This document shows positions 58,502-64,000 of a DNA stretch of 64,000 nucleotides, piece after piece. A model generated the notes under the pieces. It was given only the letters and a program-made list of their open reading frames with translations. It ran no database searches and had not been told where the DNA came from. Each line of letters begins with the position of its first letter. Positions within the stretch are counted from its first letter, which is position 1. The DNA lies in the IMG/VR virus record IMGVR_UViG_3300033149_006574, positions 1 to 64,000 of that record; one strand, 5' to 3'. This DNA is from a virus. A program made the translations under genes and the position numbers.

Positions 58502-60339
58502 AGTCCCTGCGGTATAATGATATAATTTGGTCTCCTTGTCGGTGCTGGCGGTGGTGCTTCCGATGTTTCCTCTGAACCAAAAGATACGAAGTTATCAAAC
58601 AGAGATAAGTATGTTGCTTTTATCCAATCAGGACTTCTTGCTATATCTGAAATCCTGATTTCATCAATTATTCCATCAAAACGATATGTCCCATTACTAT
58701 CGTGAATAGAACCAATATAAACAGGGCAAGGAGTATCGGCTATATTAGTATTCTCATTTCCAGTATTTGCAATGTCTGCTATCTCACCATTCAAATAAAT
58801 ATCAGTCCCAGAATGGGAATCTCCACTTCCGTCATAAGTCCCAACAGCATAAAACCAAGTATCAGTTGTAATTTCATCACCAGTGTTTCGTCCAGCATAT
58901 CCTGTATGCATAATAAAATTGATATTGTTATTCGCACTCGCAATACCAAACTGCCATTCCATCCATCCATCTGCAATACTTCTTTTTGAGATAATACTCT
59001 GAAAAGTTGTTATGCTGTTTATCTTGAATATTACCTCAAGAGTAAATGGGTCATCATCATAAGTATTTCCGAAAGCAAATCCATCTGAATAAGTATCATC
59101 CCCACAATCTATTTCATCATCAGTTGCGTCAAAATCCAATGCACCATCTACTTTTCCTATAACTTGGTCACTTGATGTCATTGAGCCAGCGGATGTTCCA
59201 TCGTGGTCAAAAGAAGTTGAGTCAATCATCTGCGGTGCAGAACCAGATGGGTCTTCCTGCAGGTGCTGAACCATAACAAAATTGCTATCCCACACCGCTT
59301 CTGGATTAGAGGCATTATCAACATCTGAAGCACCGTAATACATATAAAAATAATCTGTGCTTGCCTGCGATTGAATTGCTGGTATCTCCACGTGAATATC
59401 AGCAGTTCCAGTTGTAGTTGACAGCGACCAATATTCTATCTCAAAATCGCAAGCGGTGCTATCATCAGCATCTATGAATCTGACGGTATTTGAGTCGGTA
59501 GAAAAGTCAAAATGTGTTCCACAGTTTGCGGTTGAAATATGAACTAAAACTGGAAAGTTATTTAATGTTTCATTGGAGGCAGAATTGTCTATAGTAATTT
59601 TTTGTCTGTAAGGCCAAGAATCGTCAAACCACGACGAATGTTTGGTATCCTTAAACTCATCATTATCAACTTTCAGGGTCAATAATCCTTTGCCACCCCA
59701 ACCGTCCTTATACTTCTGCACAGGATAACGGATTATCACCTCATAATATCTTACCTCATTTGCTGGTATCCTGTGATTTCCGATATACTGATATTTCTTT
59801 TGCTTGTAAATTGCCTCGTCAATTTTGTTTGCCTTAATCCATCTTGCAGGCGCAAGAGTATGTGTCCAGCGCTTGATTTCAATTTCGGCGTCCTTGAGGT
59901 CAAAATTAGTATCAGAGAGAATTGCTCGTATGTCAGCGTATTTCGTAGAGTATCCAGTATTCTTGATTGTAATGCCAAAGCGTTGCTCACAGGGACTTGA
60001 AAAGATATGTTTGATTTCCACTCTTGCGTTATTCTTTTCAATCGGAGTTGCAGGGATAGATTTTGACACCCAGCGAGGCGGTTTCCATACTGGCGGTGCA
60101 GGTTCAGGGGGAACATAAGGAGTAGTATCTACTATAACCACATAGGTATCGTTTGAAACGGTATAAGTAGATGCTTCAACGACCCAATGATTACAAGTAG
60201 TATGAGTTACAATGCGAGTAATCCAATTGTCAAAAGAGTTTCCTATTTTTCTCCAAATGTATTGACCACCCGAGACAAAAGCAGAAGCAATAATTAGAGT
60301 AACAATAAAAAATTTAACGCATTTTAAGAAATCATTCAT
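58498..60339 (-). CDS. DUF2341 + LamG/ConA-like lectin domain protein with N-terminal TM
   Basis: W.YRQKITID, NFPVLV, VRF.D, YMYYG, G.VDGALDFD, W.YAVGTYDG, YLNG, FDGIIDEIRIS..ARS..WI. Confidence 0.8.
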   Translation of the reverse strand: MNDFLKCVKFFIVTLIIASAFVSGGQYIWRKIGNSFDNWITRIVTHTTCNHWVVEASTYTVSNDTYVVIVDTTPYVPPEPAPPVWKPPRWVSKSIPATPIEKNNARVEIKHIFSSPCEQRFGITIKNTGYSTKYADIRAILSDTNFDLKDAEIEIKRWTHTLAPARWIKANKIDEAIYKQKKYQYIGNHRIPANEVRYYEVIIRYPVQKYKDGWGGKGLLTLKVDNDEFKDTKHSSWFDDSWPYRQKITIDNSASNETLNNFPVLVHISTANCGTHFDFSTDSNTVRFIDADDSTACDFEIEYWSLSTTTGTADIHVEIPAIQSQASTDYFYMYYGASDVDNASNPEAVWDSNFVMVQHLQEDPSGSAPQMIDSTSFDHDGTSAGSMTSSDQVIGKVDGALDFDATDDEIDCGDDTYSDGFAFGNTYDDDPFTLEVIFKINSITTFQSIISKRSIADGWMEWQFGIASANNNINFIMHTGYAGRNTGDEITTDTWFYAVGTYDGSGDSHSGTDIYLNGEIADIANTGNENTNIADTPCPVYIGSIHDSNGTYRFDGIIDEIRISDIARSPDWIKATYLSLFDNFVSFGSEETSEAPPPAPTRRPNYIIIPQGL

Positions 60340-60626
60340 TATGGTATCTCATACTCTACGTGAAATTGTGCTGGCTTTGAACCTACTGCCGAAACATAGA
60401 TATACAAACTTTTATACGCTGGAATATCGGTTACAATAAACGATGACGCACCTGCACGTGTAGTTCCTGCTGTTATCGTTCCAGTCAAAACATCGGTTGA
60501 AGTGCTTGCACCCCAAGGGTCGCCATAATCAGCGTAATAAAAATCAAGTGTCCAGTTAGAACCGCCCGATTGCGTAATTCCATTTCTTGGTGCGTAGAGG
60601 TTCAAAATAATCGGAAGTATGTCCAC
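60339..60626 (-). CDS. Probable C-terminal fragment of the upstream fibre-like protein
   Basis: Overlaps the 60556 ORF end in another frame; no convincing SD. Confidence 0.4.
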   Translation of the reverse strand: MDILPIILNLYAPRNGITQSGGSNWTLDFYYADYGDPWGASTSTDVLTGTITAGTTRAGASSFIVTDIPAYKSLYIYVSAVGSKPAQFHVEYEIP

Positions 60627-61971
60627 CTAACTTTTCTGCATTATCCACAACCCCATCATTATCGGTATCATAATCTGCCTTGAACATATCTCCGCCGACA
60701 AACTCTCCGCCAGCACCACCGCCAGTTAATTCAAAACCTCTCAAATCCTGATAATACGACCCGTCTGGAAATGTCTGCAAAGTCCACGTATCAGTTGGCG
60801 AACCAGTGCATTTCACGATAACACGACAAATTAAAAATCCCACTTCGTGATATACGGAAGGAATTGTGTAATTAGATATTCCGTAAACATCTGCTATGGC
60901 ATCGCTTTTCTTGTTATATTCCGTAGAATTATCTGCTGGAAGGTTAATCATCAAATGACAGTATTTAGTCGTATCGGATAGCATTCCCCAGATAACACAG
61001 GGAACGTATTTGTTATTCCCTATAGATGAACCGTCGTGATAGACGGTAAATGACGAAATCTGCGGTAATTCCGTCCACGATGATGAGGAAATTCTGTATT
61101 TTATCGTATCGCCAGAGGAAGTATCCAGAGCAGGAAACGTCCAGGCGTGCATCTGGTAAATCGTGCCTTCGGTTACTGAAATATCATTACCAGTTATAGT
61201 TGGCTGACACCCTGAATCCCAGGTGGCACGCAGACGAATTCTGTCTGCGGTGAATCTCATATACTCGTCAATTTTTTCCTCTTGTGAATTCATAAGATAT
61301 ACCGTGACACTACTGCCAGAGCAAGAACCGATTAGTGCATTTCCTATCTGCGCATAATCACCTGAAATCGGATATGAAGTTCCTGTGGTAATATTTACTG
61401 AATCTCCATCAGGTGTAAGCCAGATATATGTCCAGACAGGTGCTGAATCTGTCCCGACCGCAAGCGTAACTGACGAATTCGGAACTACATAATTTTTGCC
61501 AGAGATATGAAACTCCGTGTATGTTGAACCCCCAACATCGTAGAAATACCATTGTGGAGTCCCATCTATTGCTGTAATCTGATGATTTAAGCCAAGGTGA
61601 GATAAACCTTCCGATAGTATATTGATATGTTCTCCTGCCTCATCAAGGGCGTCCTCTACATCGTTTGATTCACCCCAACGATTATTAGTGTCAGAGACAG
61701 AAACATCAGAGGCAGAAACACCTACAAAATTATCCGCCTGTATCGTAGTGCCAACAATCAATCCATCCCAACCCAATATGCTCTTTGCTGTAGTAGTGGA
61801 AGGTCCAATTCGCATATCTCCTCGAAGATAAAGGGTCGCTTTCTCATCAGTTGTGCTAATCTCAATTCCATAATATTTCCCCACTGCATATACGTTACCG
61901 ACAGCAAACAACAGAAATACAGCTGAGAGAGACAGAATTGCCCTTTTTTGCCATTTTTTTCTATTTAACAT
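60556..61971 (-). CDS. Fibre/receptor-binding-like protein with apparent Sec signal peptide
   Basis: MLNRKKWQKRAILSLSAVFLLFAVGNVYA; NDVEDALDE, GDM.K..YD...DGVVDNAEKLGGH...YF fibre motifs. Confidence 0.65.
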   Translation of the reverse strand: MLNRKKWQKRAILSLSAVFLLFAVGNVYAVGKYYGIEISTTDEKATLYLRGDMRIGPSTTTAKSILGWDGLIVGTTIQADNFVGVSASDVSVSDTNNRWGESNDVEDALDEAGEHINILSEGLSHLGLNHQITAIDGTPQWYFYDVGGSTYTEFHISGKNYVVPNSSVTLAVGTDSAPVWTYIWLTPDGDSVNITTGTSYPISGDYAQIGNALIGSCSGSSVTVYLMNSQEEKIDEYMRFTADRIRLRATWDSGCQPTITGNDISVTEGTIYQMHAWTFPALDTSSGDTIKYRISSSSWTELPQISSFTVYHDGSSIGNNKYVPCVIWGMLSDTTKYCHLMINLPADNSTEYNKKSDAIADVYGISNYTIPSVYHEVGFLICRVIVKCTGSPTDTWTLQTFPDGSYYQDLRGFELTGGGAGGEFVGGDMFKADYDTDNDGVVDNAEKLGGHTSDYFEPLRTKKWNYAIGRF

Positions 61972-62008
61972 ATTATCCCCCTTAAAATCGCAAAAGAAAA
62001 TTGATATA

Positions 62009-63160
62009 TTATCCAATAATGCGAACCTCACTGCCAATTAATAGCTCTAGTTGCCCTATGTCAATATTGTAGCCAATTTTAATAATCCCGCTTTCGTAAG
62101 GCCTCGTATCCGTTGTCCACTTTCGTAAATTAGTTATTGATGCAGAACTGGCAATATAATTTTTATCTTCATAATCAACCTTGAAAAGGTGATTGTGAAC
62201 GAAATAATCCTCTCTCGCTGAGGCAGAGGAGTTACCACGAATGAACACATCCCCTAAATAGAACTCATCTCCATCATTGGGAATTGTCGCATATACATAT
62301 CCGCTATAATAGCACCAGCACCATCTTTGATTTATTGCATCATCTGTGTTAATCTTTAATAATGTCGGAACCGAAGTACCAGGTAAAATACTATACGGTT
62401 TTGCAACAACAACCGGGGAAGATAATGTTGAAATTCTAATCCAATATTTTTCTTCTCCGTTCACTGTTGTTTTTATCCAATCATCTATTGAATCCCAATA
62501 TATTCGTCCACCAGAAACAAAATTATCTGTATCATCGGTTACTGTGCTTACAGGGGTTATGCCTGAAGCAATTTCTGTCCATATTGGTGTGGCCCCTTCC
62601 TGATAATACTCAAATTTTAATCCATAACCTGACCCAAGAGTATGAAAATCAAATGTGATAGAAGTAAATTTATTATCAGAGCCGATATAAAGATAATCTT
62701 CGGTAGTCCTTAAAATCTCTTGCTCAGTTTCACCCTCTTGAGACATATCGCTTGTAATATCGTTATAACAGGGCGTAGATAACGAACCTTGGTAATCAAA
62801 TATTTTATCAAACGCTGTAATCGTTTCATTATCAGCTTCACCTCTATATGTAAGCAATTTATCATCAAAATACATCTGATTTTTTGTATTATGAGCAAAA
62901 TCAGATAAGGGATATTTCCAGATAGAATAACCACCTTCCGCCCTTAGATGCGTCCAATTAGCAAATGTTGAAGAAGTATGTCCAAGCTCAACATTACGCT
63001 TGAATTTTCTGTTTAAGGATAAATCTGAATAAAGCTGGTCTATTTCATTTAAATCAAATGCTTTTTGCTCAATTCGGCCTTCTAATTCCTGGTCGTTATC
63101 AGAAAGCCTGTCTTGAGCATCTTTTAATGACTGATTAGGTTGTGTTCGCTTTATTGTCAT
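62009..63160 (-). CDS. Virion structural protein (tail-associated)
   Basis: DYLYIG...F..I.F, WT.I..VTDDT..F..GG.I.W...W..TTVNG..YWIRI. Confidence 0.6.
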   Translation of the reverse strand: MTIKRTQPNQSLKDAQDRLSDNDQELEGRIEQKAFDLNEIDQLYSDLSLNRKFKRNVELGHTSSTFANWTHLRAEGGYSIWKYPLSDFAHNTKNQMYFDDKLLTYRGEADNETITAFDKIFDYQGSLSTPCYNDITSDMSQEGETEQEILRTTEDYLYIGSDNKFTSITFDFHTLGSGYGLKFEYYQEGATPIWTEIASGITPVSTVTDDTDNFVSGGRIYWDSIDDWIKTTVNGEEKYWIRISTLSSPVVVAKPYSILPGTSVPTLLKINTDDAINQRWCWCYYSGYVYATIPNDGDEFYLGDVFIRGNSSASAREDYFVHNHLFKVDYEDKNYIASSASITNLRKWTTDTRPYESGIIKIGYNIDIGQLELLIGSEVRIIG

Positions 63161-63169
63161 GATATTCCT

Positions 63170-64000
63170 TTATACAAATTGTATCTCTCGCCATCCAGGC
63201 GTTGCCTGCAAGGCATCATATATATAGAATTTTTTATTAACTGTATCTCGCCAAAACATACCATCTAATGGTGTAGCCACCTGAGTGTCCGAACATTCCA
63301 TTCGCATTTTTAGCCCTTGATAACCATTAAAATCAATATCTCCCCCCAATATTGGATGATAAAGAGAAATCTTTAGGTTATCCTCTTCTGAAATATGTAT
63401 TGTTGCACCATCCAATTCTTCAGAATTTATGTAAGGATTTTTGTTAAAATTACAATTCTTAATATAAAAATATCCATTTCCTGATCTAACAGCTAAAAAT
63501 ATTTTATCATCTGATTCGAAAGTGCTTGATATTATATTCCAAGTGATAGAATGATCATAAAATAATTCGGCAATTAAACAATAATTAGTACCTTTTACAA
63601 TTGAATCTTGTATAATATTTGTATTATACCATGCTTTAATTTCACCACGGATATTAGAAGATCTAATAATAAAGCTTCGAGCCTCTAATGAACCATCCGT
63701 CCCTATCCAATCATTCGATAAAAAATTAAAAATATTTAATATTACATTATTAATATTAGCAAAAAAGATTTTAGGTTTAAGGCTAGTAGGATTTATACCT
63801 ACCACGGGATCTTCAAAACCAAAGTCCAAATCCGAAAAATAACAAGTAGTTATATTAGAAGCATTAAATTGAAGAAAAATAGGACGATAAGTACTCATTG
63901 CTATTTGTATATCGGGGGAATAAATTTTTAAAGTAAAACTTGATAATTCACAATTTTCATTACAAACAAAAATACCATCCCGATTTTCATTTGGAAAATC
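63170..64000 (-). CDS. Tail-associated protein, 5' end beyond the window
   Basis: The frame of the 63170-63898 ORF stays open to base 64000. Confidence 0.6.
   Translation of the reverse strand, partial: DFPNENRDGIFVCNENCELSSFTLKIYSPDIQIAMSTYRPIFLQFNASNITTCYFSDLDFGFEDPVVGINPTSLKPKIFFANINNVILNIFNFLSNDWIGTDGSLEARSFIIRSSNIRGEIKAWYNTNIIQDSIVKGTNYCLIAELFYDHSITWNIISSTFESDDKIFLAVRSGNGYFYIKNCNFNKNPYINSEELDGATIHISEEDNLKISLYHPILGGDIDFNGYQGLKMRMECSDTQVATPLDGMFWRDTVNKKFYIYDALQATPGWREIQFV

Noticed and set aside
56607-60649. Three TTATCCACA DnaA boxes (56607, 57231, 60641) as an origin
   Set aside because: Widely spaced, two lie within coding sequence, and such 9-mers are expected occasionally in AT-rich DNA.
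1-64000. CRISPR array, DGR/reverse transcriptase, retron, genetic-code reassignment
   Set aside because: I saw no repeat-spacer array or RT motifs, and core genes read through intact in the standard code.

Overview
The window is part of an AT-rich tailed dsDNA bacteriophage genome (siphovirus-like, HK97-type head). I see no host genes and no prophage junction. Two arms diverge from a ~1.1 kb non-coding control region at ~16.5-17.6 kb. The minus-strand late arm runs terminase, portal, ligase-fusion, protease/scaffold, capsid, neck, tail tube, chaperone and tape measure off the left edge. More minus-strand structural, envelope and lysis genes run from the right edge to ~56 kb, consistent with a circular or permuted genome larger than 64 kb. 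The plus-strand arm (17.6-56 kb) holds many small early genes, two tRNA-like RNAs, a Xer-like recombinase, RuvB, HU, a recombination module, an IS200/IS605 tnpB element, DnaB, six DNA methyltransferases, an RNA ligase, a resolvase, phosphatases, thioredoxin and a glycosyltransferase. Highlights: (1) a nucleotidyltransferase + ATP-dependent DNA ligase + LigD-phosphoesterase-like fusion sits between portal and prohead protease, and several genes carry small internal deletion scars; (2) a C5 methyltransferase has its motifs interleaved between two almost fully overlapping reading frames, each with its own RBS; (3) two oversized tRNA-mimic ncRNAs; (4) a signal-peptide/beta-barrel gene cluster in the tail region; (5) a clear -1 frameshift signal in the tail chaperone. 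All family calls come from motif recognition by eye; no searches were run.
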